A stretch of DNA of 64,000 nucleotides. Source: Okamejei kenojei (lineage: Eukaryota). The notes under the pieces are model-generated. The model was not told the DNA's origin, did not search any database, and saw nothing but the letters and a program-made list of their open reading frames with translations. Both the position numbers and the translations under genes were made by a program. The stretch lies in contig CM069154.1 in the NCBI GenBank assembly GCA_035221665.1, forward strand, positions 2,542,001-2,606,000, given 5' to 3'. Positions 24,319-38,459 of the stretch are shown here, piece by piece (the first letter of the stretch is position 1; every line of letters begins with the position of its first letter).

Positions 24319-25875
24319 ATTTCTCCAGAGATGCTGCCTGACCCGCTGAGTTACTGCAGCCTTTTGTGTTTATAATCTGTCATTGGACCAGCACCGATCC
24401 CTGAGGCACATCATTAGTCACTTTAACCTTGACACTCTTGGGTCAACTCCAAATTTAGGAGCAGCATTTTATTTCATTGTGACTGAAATCATGATGAGGG
24501 GAATAGATAGAGAGAGTGAAACCACAGCGTCTATTACTCAGGGTCGGGGAATCAAGAACCAGGGGACATTGGTTTAAGGTGAGAGGGGCAAGGTTTAATA
24601 GGAACTTTCTTCTTATCGAGTCCACACACAAGATTAGAAGTTGTTCAGCCTGAGCTCTGCACACAATGGTGTCTGTCTTGTCGCTTCTTGTGCGTGGTGG
24701 TGGGAAGATTGGTGGAATCAGGGCCGCGATGTGAACGCTCTTTCCTTGACCCCAATAGGAACCGGAGGGGCAACTTTTACACTCACCAGGTGGTGGGTGT
24801 ATGGAACGAGGTGGTTGAGGCGGGTAGTAGAACAACATTTAATAGACACTTTGAAGGGTATGTGCCCGTCCGAAAGTCTGTTAAACACCATTAGTGTATC
24901 TGCCTCCACCACCACCCCTGGCAGCATGATCCAGGCACCCACCCTCTGTGCAAAATAGTTGCCCTGCACATCTCCTTTAAACTTTGCCCCTCTCACTGTA
25001 GAGCTGTGCTCTCTAGTCGTTGACATTTCCATCCTTCTGCCGCTGGACATCGGGGGGCAGAGTCCGCTGGGACACCCCTCAAACAAAGGAAGGCAAATCA
25101 CCCCATGGAACCACATGAGGAGCAACAGTGTTGCTTTAACGACAGGTGCAAACACCACTGAGTATGACATTATTCAATGTTCACACACTGAGATTGGATG
25201 AAAAGTCTTTTCACACTGTGGAATTCTGTGGACTTCTCTGCCTCAGAGAGCGGTGGAGTCCGGTTCTCTGGATGCTTTCAAGAGAGAGCTAGATAGGGCT
25301 CTTAAAGATAGCGGAGCCAGGGGATATGGGGAGAAGGCAGGAACGGGGTACTGATTGGGGATGATCAGCCATGATCACATTGAATGGTGAAGCTGGCTCG
25401 AAGGGCCAAATGGCCTCCTCCTACACCTATTGTCTATTGTCTATTGTCTATTTTCACACGGTTTGTGTTGTGTCTTTTTTATTCTGAATAAAGTTGATTT
25501 CTGAAATTAGCCGACTGTCGTTCCTCCCTGGGGTTCACTGGGGCCATGACAAACCCAGTCCTGGGCCGACCGATGTTCTCTGTCTGTCGTCACCACTCCC
25601 CACTTCAACTCTCTCCTGACCAGCGACTTGTGGAACAGCTGCTCCACGAAGTGCTGTCCAGCAGTGGGCAGGGGTAGGTTACAGGTTGAGGGGGGTTGTT
25701 TGGGGAGAGGTGACACTGGCTCCCCGCACTACTGAGTATAAACTGTGAAACCAGCGCAGGTGCCAGGGCTGTGGTGGTGGCGTGGTGTGGCTGGGCCAGA
25801 CGTGGTGGAGACACAAGCAGGATGTGTTGGCCGCTGGCAGCTGGGGTGGCGTTGTTCTTGTTAATCGTTAACGGC

Positions 25876-26012
25876 TGATGCAACGACACGTTTGGCAGAG
25901 GGTGGAGAGGTCGCGGCTGACTCCGGCCAATGCTCCATGGGAGGCAGTGATTGGTTGAAAGTACATGAGCGCAGGCAATGAGGGTCAGGAGAAGCCGGGA
26001 GTAGGTATAAAA
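25876..26012 (+). promoter_or_regulatory. Promoter of Ig-gene copy 2 (ERSE and ACGT core mutated)
   Basis: TGATGCAAC 25876; CATGG-N9-ATTGG 25936-25954; TACATG 25962; TATAAAA 26006. Confidence 0.6.
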
Positions 26013-26831
26013 GGAGCGAGCGATGGCAGAAGATGAGAACAAGACTGGCCTCGTCACCCTGTGTGGAGACTCCGGAGCTGGTAAACAACCCCTGTGGATC
26101 CTTCAAGTGCCTGTGAGTGATGGGGGTTGAATTGTCTCTGTTCACTGTTCCCCCAGTTCAGAAGCCTGACAGCAGAGGGGAAGAAGCTGTTCCTGAGTCT
26201 GGTGGTGCGCGCTTTCAAGCTTCTGCACCTTCTGCTGGATAGGACCAGGGAGAAGCAGGAATGACCGGGGTGGGACAAGTCACGGAGTCATAGAGTCATA
26301 CAGCGAGGTCTACGGCCCAACTTGCCCGCGTCCACCAACTTGTCCCATCAAACCTACACCCACCTGCCTGCGTTAGGCCCTTACCCCTCTAATTCTGTCC
26401 TATCAATGTACCTGTCTAACTGTTTCTTAATCATTGTGATAGTAACTACCTCTTCCGGCAGCTCGTTCCAAACACCCTCCACCCTTTGTGTAAAAAAGTC
26501 ACCCCTCAGTTTCCCATTAAATCTTTCCCCTCTCACCTTAAACTGATGTCCTCGGGTTCTCGATTCCCCAACTCTGGGCGGGTTCAGAGAATGTCATCAT
26601 GAATCCTACTGAGTTGCAATAAGATGACCCATTGTTTCACCCACAGGAACATGGGACTGCAGAGATGGATAGGATTCATGGTCCTTGTGGAGATGGTGTG
26701 GCAAGTCTCCGGAACTGGAACAGGTTCAATCTCCAGAGAATGGGGAGAGGAGGCAAACTTGCCCGGGTGGAACGCACGGGCTCCTCGGCAAGTCAACGTT
26801 AAAAGCTTCCAAGATGCATGAACGAGCCAGA

Positions 26832-29800
26832 TTTTACTTCGGAGTCACGTGAGTGACTACGTGAAGACCCCGCCAGCACGCATGCGCGACATATCATCGA
26901 ACGCATTGCGGAAGCGACAGTCGGAGGAGCGCCGCTCCTCCAGCGCAAGTTTTGAAAAATTACGGAAGGTAAGTCTTACCTTTTCTGGTGAGCGTGGCGA
27001 CTCGGTGTGATTTCTTTTTCAGAACGGAGGAAGCACCATGGAGTCGCGCAAGGGAGAGCAGCAGCTGATACCGCTGCTGTGGAAGCAGCCAGCAGCGTGC
27101 CGTCTCTCCAGAGCTGCAGGTGCTGCCAGCAGCTCCCGGCTTCTCGCCGCTACAGACCGCAGGTGCGCCGCGGTCGGCGGCAAAACCACCCGGAAGTCGG
27201 ACAGGTCCGTTGACTCGGCTGGGTCCGGACCTGAAGACAGCCCGTTCCCGGATAGGGACGGCGGGCGTCTTTCCCGCGGGAGCGGATGGGGAGCAGTGCT
27301 CCAGCGTGACCTGCTTATGCAGGGGCAGAGTCACAGTGGGTCTCCTCGCAGACCCACGGCAGCATCCTTTCAAGGACTGCAAAATGTCTCACCCTCTTCG
27401 CAGGGGAGCATTAGGGGTCAGAGCTGGGCTGACCCTGAAACATAGAAACATAGAAATTACGTGCAGGAGTAGGCCATTCAGCCCTTCGAGCCTGCACCGC
27501 CATTCAATATGATCATGGCTGATCATCCAACTCAGTAACCCGTACCTGCCTTCTCTCCATACCCTCTGATCCCCTTAGCCACAAGGGCCACATCCAACTC
27601 ACTCTTAAATATAGCCAATGAACTGGCCTCAACTACCCTCTGTGGCAGAGAGTTCCAGAGACTCACTACTCTCTGTGTGAAAAAAGTCTTTCTCATCTCG
27701 GTCTTAAAGGATTTCCCCCTTATCCTTAAGCTGTGACCCCTTGTCCTGGACTTCCCCAACATCGGGAACAATCTTCCTGCATCTAGCCTGTCCAACCCCT
27801 TAAGAATTTTGTAAGTTTCTATAAGATCCCCTCTCAATCTCCTAAATTCCAGAGAGTATAAACCGAGTCTATCCAGTCTTTCTTCATAAGACAGTCTTGA
27901 CATCCCAGGAATCAGTCTGGTGAACCTTCTCTGCACTCCCTCTATGGCAATAATGTCCTTCCTCAGATTTGGAGACCAAAACTGTACGCAATACTCCAGG
28001 TGTGGTCTCACCAAGACCCTGTACAACTGAAGTAGAACCTCCCTGCTCCTGTACTCAAATCCTTTTGCTATGAAAGCTAACATACCATTCGCTTTTTTCA
28101 CTGCCTGCTGCACCTGTATGCCTACTTTCAATGACTGGTGTACCATGACACCCAGGTCTCGCTGCATCTCCCTTTTTCCTAATCGGCCACCATTTAACTA
28201 ATAGTCTGCTTTCCTGTTTTTGCCACCAAAGTGGATAACCTCACATTTATCCACATTATACTGCATCTGCCAAACATTTGCCCACTCACCCAGCCTATCC
28301 AAGTCACCTTGCAGTCTCCTAGCATCCTCCTCACAGCTAACACTGCCCCCCAGCTTAGTGTCATCCGCAAACTTGGAGATATTGCCTTCAATTCCCTCAT
28401 CCAGATCATTAATATATATTGTAAATAGCTGGGGTCCCAGCACTGAGCCCTGCGGTACCCCACTAGTCACTGCCTGCCATTGAAGAAGGGGCAATGGCTG
28501 AACAGTCAACTGTGAGGGGTGCCAGAAGAGAGAGCAGCAGAAGATTTGTGGGAACACATGCTGTATCAACTCAAGAAGGACTGCCTATACAAAGCTGCAA
28601 GCCAGTACAAAATACATGGCTACAAACCAGCTACAGGAGCAAGCAATTAACTTTATGGCTGGGAAGTACATTGCTCCAGAGAACTCCACTTCTCTTAAAG
28701 TACCAGCAGTTTATGACCCCATCTGGGGCAACAGGAGCCCATCTATAAGGAGCCAGGAGGGGAAGCTCCAGAGGAAACTGCTGGCTGCTAAAATCACAGC
28801 AGTACCAGGACAACTGATGGGGTTGATTTGCCTGAAGAGTTACTAGATGCTCTAGCAGACTGTGTAATACTCAGTGGAGATTAACAGTTACAGAAAGAGC
28901 ATCATCAAGAAGTGCGGATTTATGCAAGACAGGCGCCAAAATTGCTGTTGGGGGACCTCCCGAAGCAGGTGAAAGACCTGCATGAGGAAGCCAAGGCTAT
29001 AGGCCTGATCAAGGTGCCAAGCACCTCTAAAACCCACTATCAACAGCGGCAGCACCCCTACACACCCACCAGACATCGGTGCTATGGAAGACCATCTGGT
29101 GGTGAAAGCTCGAGGGCCGGCCCACCTGCACAGCGGTCTTTCAGACCATGGCCCAGCCCGGCCTTCATGGAAAGTGCGCCAACCCCACAACGCAGCAACA
29201 CAATACCAGAAGAAACAACTGCGGAGACAACCCACACAACACCGGTAACCATGGAGGTAGGTGGGTCTGGTTGTCTTAAAAAACATTGCATGTCCGATTC
29301 ATCAAAAGTTGGGGGACGGTTGCACTTGTTTCATCATGTGTGCTGCACTTTTACCTCTGAACTTTTACATACTCGGAAGTATTCAGAATTACAAAATTGA
29401 ATTTGTATACGAACTACCGTCCCAGTTCAGCATACGCCTAGCAGGAAGTTCATACTTCACAAAAAGAGAGAACAGCAGGCCATGCTGAACTGTTAAGACT
29501 AAACACAAAAGGGATTGAGAAAACAATCAGAGAATTTCAAGAGTTCGTATCAAATATATTTATAAAAAACTAAAAAGATGGTGGTTGCCGTATCATTACA
29601 GATTTGAGCGAACTAAATACTTCCGTTCAGTATGCCCATTTCAAAATAGACACGTTTGTCACACACAGGGTCATCGTAAATACCTGAAATTTATCTGGAT
29701 GGGACAGCTATGGCAGTATGCCTTATCCAATGGGTTGTCATCAGCACCCAGGCTATTACAAATTTATTAAAACCAGCTTTAGCATACTTAAAGAAACATA

Positions 29801-32476
29801 ACCATATCGTCATGGCTTACCTTGATGATATTCTCATTGTAGGTGAAAATTGGACCTGGCTACATTGGTGGTATCAGCCGCAACACAGAGATTTAACGTA
29901 CATCCAGATAAATCAAAATTGGAACCCTCCACTACCATGGATTATTTGGGGTTCACTATTGACTCTGTTCATATGTCTATCACCTTGCCACCAAACAAAG
30001 TGACAGACTTGATGGGAGTATGCAAAAGCCTCACTGGCATCAGGGAACCATCCATTCGGCAAGGAGCAAGAGTGATTGGGAAATTGGTGGCTGCGTTCCC
30101 AGCAGCACAATTGGACCACTCCATTATTAAAACCTGGAAGAGGGAAATTTTAGCTCTCAAAAATCATGCAGGCCATTTCAATAGGCCTATGCAACTACCA
30201 GGGAAAGTAAATCAGAATTAAACTGGTAGATAGAAATGTTCAACATTATCCTAACCCCATCACCCCATTCTATATCCCTAGGGTACATTACAGACTGATG
30301 CCAGTGCTAAAGGTTGGGGAGCAACTAATACCACCGCAAGTTGTGGTGGCAGATGAGTGCACAAAAATTATTCTGTTTAAAGCACTAGGAATTAATTATC
30401 TAGAAATGCTGGGAGCGTTTCATGGACTCAGGGCCTACTGCTCAGATGAGCACCAGTTGCATGTACGGTACAAATTGATACCACAGTGGGGGCCTATATA
30501 TAATCATATGGGTGAAATAAAGTCGATATCATGTGATGAATTGGCTAATAATATCTGGCACTGGTGTCTGGGAGAGAGATTTGGATCTCAACCACTTACC
30601 TTCCAGGTAAGCTAAATACAGTGGCAGACATCAGGTCACGTAAATTCAACGACAACATTAAATGGATGTTGGATCGGAAAGTGTTTACAGATATTATAGA
30701 CCGGTATGGGACACCAGATATCGACCTTTTTTCCATCCGGACTAATTCACCAACTACCAACATATGTTGCTTGGGAACCAGACCCAGGGGCAGCAGCGAT
30801 GGACGATTTCTCGCTGCATTGGGGGGGGGGGGGATTTGTTTTGCTATGCATTTTCCCCTTCTGCCTCATCAGGCGAGTCTTACAATAATTAAACAAGACG
30901 CCGCAACGGGTACCATGGTTCCCAACAGTACAAAGATGGTCTCAGAACGCTGCATCTGGATCAACAACGGCCAAGGAGGTTGGCACACCCCGTGCGGGAA
31001 AGTATCCGTGCCATGACTGTATGAACTTGTTGATTTGCAGTTTCTGAACAGGCCATTTCTGGGATACAGACTCTCCGACAGGACGATCAATGCCATCTCA
31101 GCGTCGTGCAGGGAGTCCACGAGAAGACAGTACCTGACATGTGTCAGGAAATTGGAAGTGTTCTGCACCAGGACGAACACTACATATGACTCAGCCACTA
31201 ACACTGAAGTGCTGGAATTCTGGCCACCCTTCATTTCGATGAAGGATTGAGTTACAGTGCCATTATTGTGCAAGGAGTGCCCTATCTAATATCTGGGCAG
31301 AGGGAGTGATCACCTGGCTATAGGATCACACCCACTAGTACCTAAACGAATGAGGGGTATTTGTACTCTATTCCCCCCAGGCCCAGATACACCCATATAT
31401 GGGACATAGGTAGTACACCATGTTACGAGGATGGACACCAATATCGGGGCTCACTCTAGACAAACTAATATCCTAGATGGGAATGATTATGGCACTTGGA
31501 TCAGCACAACGGGTCCAGTCCTTACACAAGCTAGAATAGGACGTCATGTCTGTCACAAATGGCAGATAACCTGCTACATACAGGGGTACTTAAACAAGAC
31601 TGACCCGGTTCCTCTGGCCAATATTAGAGTTCTGGCCTATCCTGCAGATAGTCGGCCCTGCATAGTGACACATATTTTCCAATATATAGTCACCAAGACA
31701 CTTATGGGCACGGAGAGAGCTTTCTCATTAGCCATAAATGCCCTCACCTAAGGTCACAGTGCAAACCATATCCAGATGGTTCGGGTGGTATTACGTGCAG
31801 TGGTGGATACTAATGTTTCAAATCTCACTCCAACAGGGCTGCATCTACATCGGACGCTAGGATGATGGGAGTTCCTATGGACCACATCCTTGCCACAGCG
31901 GTGTGGAGCAATGAACGCATTCAATGCTTTATAATAAACCCGTGGCCGATCCTGAGACGTTTGCAGGGAAAAATTAAGTTCTGTAAAATAAATTACCCAA
32001 TGTGGGGCATATTATTTTAGGTATGAATAATACCTTTATTGTTTTTCAGCACAGTGTCGTGTGTGAAATACGTTCATCCTCCGTCCCAGAATGGCAGTGT
32101 GTGAGCATGGTCTCGTTCCAGGGCATGAAATCGCAGAGCTTTGAAATCTTCACGTAGTCACTCACGTGACTCCGAAGTAAAATAGTAAGATTAAATGAGA
32201 ACTTACCAGTTTGAAGTTTGATCTTTATTTTATGAGGAGTTACGATGAGGGATTACGTGCCCTCCGCTCCCAAAACCCTCTATTATAAAGTTCAACTGGT
32301 ATGGAAGTTCTCTCTTATCTTACTATATTAGTCTACTCTGGTATGTGATTTCACACCACTGCTTTGAAGAATGTCGCGCATGCGTGCTGGCGGGGTCTTC
32401 ACGTAATCCCTCATCGTAACTCCTCATAAAATAAAGATCAAACTTCAAACTGGTAAGTTCTCATTTAATCTTACTA
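26832..32476 (+). mobile_element. DIRS retrotransposon B, both termini intact
   Basis: Left ITR TTTTACTTCGGAGTCACGTG; ICR at about 32147-32259 complementary to both ends; right end ...CTTACTA; decayed gag, RT (MAYLDD), RNase H, methyltransferase-like domain (30706-30888) and YR. Confidence 0.95.
27439..28482 (-). mobile_element. CR1 LINE 3' fragment nested in DIRS B
   Basis: ORFs 28198-28569 and 27532-28167; (CATAGAAA)n tail. Confidence 0.95.
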
Positions 32477-33027
32477 TTCTGCTGCATACAGTCATATCCT
32501 AACATCGCTTTAAATGAAGGAGCTTGTTGCATCTCTGGGTGGTTCTATTACGCTGCCCTGTAGAGCATCCAAATATTACGATGGTGCCTTGTTTGTTAAA
32601 TGGAGAAAAGATGGTGTTGAAATTGCCAGTTACAACAGTAGAACGCTTGCGTCTTATGAGGCACCAGATGTCCGCTGGAAATTCGTGCATGAAAGCGTCC
32701 ATTCGAAACTGGACGCCACGTTGCTCCTGACAGGTGTAAAAGAGAAAGATAAAGGGATGTATTCCTGTGTTTGGTCGAAGAGTACTGATGATCCGGTATG
32801 TGAATTATTGACCCAGCTGACGATCTCCCACTGATTCAGTAGGGCCCATCCCAGGGTCAGTAGCAAAGTCTAGTTTAGTTTAGTTCAGAGGTACAGCAGG
32901 GAAACAGGCCCTTCGGCCCACAGAGTCAACCGGGACCAGTGATCACCCCATATATAGTTCTGTCCCACACACGCTCGATACAATTTACACTGATCAATTA
33001 ACCTACAAACATGCACGTCTCTGGGAT

Positions 33028-36000
33028 AGAAACATAGAAACATAGAAATTAGATGCAGGAGCAGGCCATTCGGCCCTTCCAGCCTGCACCGCCATTCAAT
33101 ATGATCATGGCTGATCATCCAACTCATTATCCTGTACCTGCCTTCTCTCCATACCCCCTGATCCCTTCAGCCACAAGGGCCACATCCAACTCCCTCTTAA
33201 ATATGGACAACGAACTGGCCTCAACTACCTTCTGTGGCAGAGAATTCCACAGACTCACCACTCTCTGTGTGAAAAACGATTTTCTCATCTCGGTCCTAAA
33301 AGACTTCCCCCTTATCATTAAACTATGACCCCTTGTCCTGGACTTCCCCAACATCGGGAACAATCTTCCTGCATCTAGCCTGTCCAACCCCTTAAGAATT
33401 TTGTAAGTCTCTATGAGATCACCCCTTAATCTTCTAAATTCCAGCGAGTACAAGCCAAGTCTATCCAGTCTTTCTTCATATGGAAGTCGTGCCATCCCAG
33501 GAATCAGTCTGGTGAACCTTCTCTGTACTCCCTCTATGGCAAGAATGTCTTTCCTCAGATTAGGAGACCAAAACTGTACGCAATACTCCAGGTGTGGCCT
33601 CACCAAGACCCTGTACAACTGCAGTAGAACCTCCCTGTTCTTGTACTCAAATCCTTTTGCTATGAAAGCTAACATACCATTCGCTTTCTTCACAGCCTGC
33701 TGCACCTGCATGCCTACTTTCAATGACTGGTGTACCATGACACCCAGGTCTCGCTGCATCTCCCCTTTTCCTAATCGGTCACCATTCAAATAATAGTCTA
33801 CCTTCCTGTTTTTGCCACCAAAGTGGATAACCTCACATTTATCCACATTATACTGCATCTGCCATGCATTTGCCCACTCACCCAGTCTATCCAAGTCATC
33901 CTGCAGCCTCCTAGCATCCTCCTCACAACTAACACTGCCCCCCAGCTTCGTGTCATCCACAAACTTCGAGATGTTGCATTTAATTCCCTCGTCCAAATCA
34001 TTAATGTATATTGTAAATAGCTGGGGCCCAGCACTGAGCCTTGCGGCACCCCACTAGTCACTGTCTGCCATCCTGAAAAGGACCCGTTCACTCCTACTCT
34101 TTGCTTCCTGTCTGCCAGCCAGTTCTCTATCCACATCAATACTGAACCACCAATACCGTGTGCTTTAAGTTTGTATACCAATCTCCTGTGTGGGACCTTG
34201 TCGAAAGCCTTCTGAAAGTCCAGATACAACACATCCACTGCTTCTCCCTTATCCACTCTACTAGTTACATCCTCAAAAATTTCAATAAGATTCGTCAGAC
34301 ATGATTTACCCTTCGTAAATCCATGCTGACTTTGTCCAATGATTTCACCACTTTCCAAATGCGCTGCTATCCCATCTTTAATAATTGACTCTAGCAGTTT
34401 CCCCACTACCGATGTTAGACTCACTGGTCTGTAATTCCCCGTTTTCTCTCTCCCTCCCTTTTTAAAAAGTGGGGTTACATTAGCTACCCTCCAATCCTGA
34501 GGAACTACTCCAGAATCTAAAGAGTTTTGAAAAATTATCACTAAGGCATCTGCTATTTCTGGGGCTACTTCCTTAAGTACCCTGGGATGCAGCCTATCTG
34601 GCCCTGGGGATTTATCGGCCTTTAATCCATTCAATTTACCCAACACCACTTTCTGGCTAACCTGGATTTCACTCATTTCCTCCATCTCATTTGACCCGCG
34701 ATCCCCTGCTATTTCCGGCAAATTATTTATGTCTTCCCTAGTGAAGACAGAACCAAAGTAGTTATTCAATTGGTCTGCCATGTCCTTGTTCCCCATGATC
34801 AATTCACCCGTTTCTGACTGCAAGGGACCTACATTTGTTTTAACTAATCTTTTGCGCTTCACATATCGATAAAAACTTTTGCAGTCAGCTTTTATGTTTC
34901 TGTTGGTCTCTGAATTTCTCCCAGTCCTCTGGTAGGCTGCTTTTTCTGGCTAATTTGTACGCTTCATCTTTTTCTTTGATACTATCCCTGATTTCCCTCG
35001 TTATCCACGGATGCGCCACCTTCCCTGATTTATTCTTTTGCCATACTGGGATGAACAATTGTTGTAGTTCATCCATGCAGTCTTTAAATGCCTTCCATTG
35101 CATATCCACCGTCAACCCTTCAAGAATCAATTGCCAGTCGATCTTGGCCAATTCACGTCTCATACCCTCAAAGTTACCTTTCTTTAAGTTCAGGACCCGT
35201 GTTTCTGAATTAACAATGTCGCTCTCCATCCTAATGAAGAACTCAACCATATTATGGTCACTCTTGCCCAAGGGGCCAGGTACAACAAGGCTGCTAACTA
35301 ACCCTTCCTCATTACTCAATATCCAGTCTAGAATAGCCTGCTCTCTCGTTGGTTCCTCCACTTGTTGGTTTAGAAAACTATCCCGCATACATTCCAAGAA
35401 ATCCTCTTCCTCAGCACCCCTGCCAATTTGATTCACCCAATCTATATGTAGATTGAAGTCACCCATTATAACGGTTTTACCTTCATTGCACGCATTTCTA
35501 ATTTCCTGTTTGATGCCACCCCAACTCCACTACTGTTAGGTGGCCTGTACACAACACCCACTAGCGTTTTCTGCCTCTTAGTGTTTCGCAGCTCCACCCA
35601 TATCGATTCCACATCCTCCAAGCTAATGTAATTCCTTTCTATTGCGTTAATCTCCTCTCTAAACAGCAACGCTACCCCACCTCCTTTTCCTCTCTGTCTA
35701 TCCTTCCTGAATATTGAATATCCCTGGATGTTCAGCTCTCAGCCTTGGTCACCCTGGAGCCATGTCTCCGTGATCCCAACTATATCATAATTATTAATAG
35801 CTATCTGCACATTCAACTCATCCACCTTATTACGAATGCTCCTCGCATTGAGACACAAAGCCTTCAGGCTTGTTTTTACAACACTCTTGGCCCTTTTACA
35901 ATCATGTTGAAAAGTGGCCCTTTTAGATTTTTGCCCTGGATTTGTTTTCCTGCCACTTTTCACCTCGCTACCTATTGCTCCTATCTTCATTTTACACCCT

Positions 36001-36190
36001 CTGTCTCTCTGCTCACACATTTAAGAAACCCTCCACTTCTTATTCTCTGTTTGTTATTTTTTTCTTCTTTCCTCCCTACGTGTTGCGTCTGACTGTTTCT
36101 CTTCTCTGCCTCCTGCCTCACAAACGGACTACTTGCCTTCTCTATTTGAGTCCCTCCCCCTAACCGATCTAGTTTAAAGTCTCCCCAGTA
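33028..36190 (-). mobile_element. CR1 LINE, near-complete ORF2 with frameshifts
   Basis: Endonuclease ORFs 35739-36020, 35466-35669, 34885-35466; RT ORFs 33798-34862, 33127-33996. Confidence 0.95.
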
Positions 36191-36219
36191 GTGGGATGTG
36201 GGGCGAAACCGGAGCACCC

Positions 36220-36730
36220 GGATTCCAAAGAGGAAGAAAGATTCCAAGGGGAGTAAGGGGCAACCATGGCTGACAAGGGAAGTCAGGGACAGTATAAAGA
36301 TAAAAGAGAACAAGTATAACATTGCAAAGATGAGCGGAAAGCCAGGGGATTGGCCAACTTTTAAAGAGCAACAGAAGATAACTAAAAAAGCAATATGGGG
36401 AGAAAAGATGAGGTATGAAGATAAGCTAGCCAAGAATATAAAGGAGGATAGTAAAATCTTCTTTAGATATGTGAAGTGGCAAAATTGGACCCTTAAAGGG
36501 CGAATTTATTATGGGGAACTAGGAAATGGTAGACGAGTTGAACAGGTACTTTGGATCTGTCTTCACTAAGGAGAACACAAACAATCTCCCTGATGTACTA
36601 GTGGCCAGAGGATCTGGGGACAAGGGAGAGCCAGTGGATGTAGTGTACCTGGACTTTCAGGAAGCATTTGATAAGGTCCCACATAGGAGATTAGTGGGCA
36701 AAATTAGAGCACATGGTATTGGGGGAAGGG
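36220..36730 (+). mobile_element. Deleted CR1 ORF2 fragments (related piece at 45310-45545)
   Basis: PWLTREVRDSIK; VDVVYLDFQEAFDKVPH. Confidence 0.8.
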
Positions 36731-37489
36731 CCTGTTCCCGTGCTGTTTGACTATGGCACTAAGTAGGGAATAGTAAAGGTATAAAGATGAGCAGCATGGA
36801 AGGTGTGAGCGTGGATCGCATGCAGTGAGGAGAACTGACCCTGCTTGCACCAGGAAATGTAAGATTCATGAAATAAACTCTCTTCTGCATGGAGCTGAGT
36901 GTGAACTTTGTGCAACCCCTGCTCACTACGGGCAACATCACCAGATTAAGTGTCATGGAGTTGCTTTTAAATTAATTTAGTTCTGTTTTGCTTAGAGATA
37001 CAGCGTGGAAACAGGCTCTTCGGCCCACCGAGTCCCATCCAACCAGTGATCCCCCGTACACTAGCTCTAACCTACACACTAGGGACAATTTACTGAAGCC
37101 AATTAACCTACAAATCTGCACGTCTTTGCAATCTGAAAGGAAACCAGAGCACCTGGAGGAAACCCACACGGTCACAGGGAGAACATACAAACACCGTACA
37201 GACAGTGCCCGTAGTCACAAACGAAGGCGGGTCTGTAGCGCTGTAAGGCAGCAACACTACCGCTGTGCCACTGTACCACCCATGCATTGCCCTCATGCAT
37301 TGTTAGGGCTGCTGATTAGAGTCCCGTTTTGACCCTCGTTGGGGGTGTGTAGAGAAGTTGTGTTAACTCTGCTGACCAGGACGGAGGTCACAAGCTTCCT
37401 TCTGATCTCTGTATGGAGTCTGGTCTTCCAGCTAAAGACCCACACCACCCTGTCCACACACTCTCTTCTCACCACTACCGAGGGGAAAA

Positions 37490-37872
37490 AAACATAGAAA
37501 CATAGAAATTATGTGCAGGAGTAGGCCATTCGGCACTTCGAGCCTGCACCGCCATTCAATATGATCATGGCTGATCATACAACTCAGTATCCTGTACCTG
37601 TCCTCTCCATACCCCCTGATCCCTTTAGCCACAAGAGCCACATCCAACTCCCTCTTAAATATGGCCAACGAACTGGCCTCAACTTCCTTCTGTGGCAGAG
37701 AATTCCACAGATTCACCACTCTCTGTGTGAAAATCGATTTTCTCATCTCGGTCCTAAAAGATTTCCCCCTTATCCTTAAACTGTGACCCCTTGTCCTGGA
37801 CTTCCCCAACATCGGGAACAATCTTCCTGCATCTAGCCTGTCCAACCCCTTAAGAATTTTGTAAGTCTCTGT
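37490..37872 (-). mobile_element. CR1 LINE 3' fragment
   Basis: ETYKILKGLDRLDAG...; (CATAGAAA)n tail. Confidence 0.9.
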
Positions 37873-38459
37873 GGTAAGGTACAGGAGCCTGAGAACCGTG
37901 ACCTCCAGGTTCAAGAGCAGCTTCTTCCCAGCAAGCACAAGGTTGTTGAACCAGCATGCACATCCCGACCACAATCCTACGCCACCCACCTCAACCTTCC
38001 ACAACCCCGATGGACACTGCACCACTGGTGATGCCCCACGTATTTTGTCTTGTACTATCTTGGTCTGGTTTACTTGGAATAGCTGAGACCTTATTGTGTA
38101 CTATGGTGTAAGTATAAAATCAAGTGCTGACCCATTGGATCTTCTCCCCCAAAGCAATATTCCACCACTCACCCATTCCCCCAATGCAACCCGTTCCCCA
38201 ACACAATATTCCACCACTCACACATAGCCCCCAACTGTGCAGGCGCGGTTCATTTCTCCGCATCCTGTCCTCCTCCTCTTCACCATCCCTCTTCAATACC
38301 TAGAGAGGGAGGAGGGGTAGAGAGGGAGGGGTGCTAGAGAGGGAGGGTAGAGGGAGGGGATAGAGAGGGAGCGAGCCAGAGAGCAAGGGGGGGTAGAGAG
38401 AGAGAGAGGTAGGGAGTAGAGGGAGAGGGAGAGGGTTAGAGTGGGGGGTAGGGAGGTAA

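Larger units (their letters stand above)
26651..32834 (+). pseudogene. Ig-domain prepro-protein copy 2, disrupted
   Basis: Leader 26651-26831 with a 1-nt deletion near 26801; DIRS insertion 26832-32476; in-frame TAA 32511-32513; Ig domain still open at 32514-32834. Confidence 0.85.

Noticed and set aside
25507-25716. Unique-looking minus-strand ORF upstream of copy 2
   Set aside because: No recognisable motifs, no convincing splice context, and absent from the other units
26023-26100. Peptide MAEDENKTGLVTLCGDSGAGKQ resembling a P-loop
   Set aside because: The ATG is only 10 nt after the TATA box (upstream of the expected TSS), is deleted in copy 1, and GK becomes GN in copies 1 and 3; no further NTPase motifs
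32830-32870. CACTGAT after the Ig ORFs as a possible RSS heptamer (rearranging V segments)
   Set aside because: No CACAGTG consensus, no nonamer at 12 or 23 bp, copy 1 lacks CAC, and the ORFs already include a G strand and a stop
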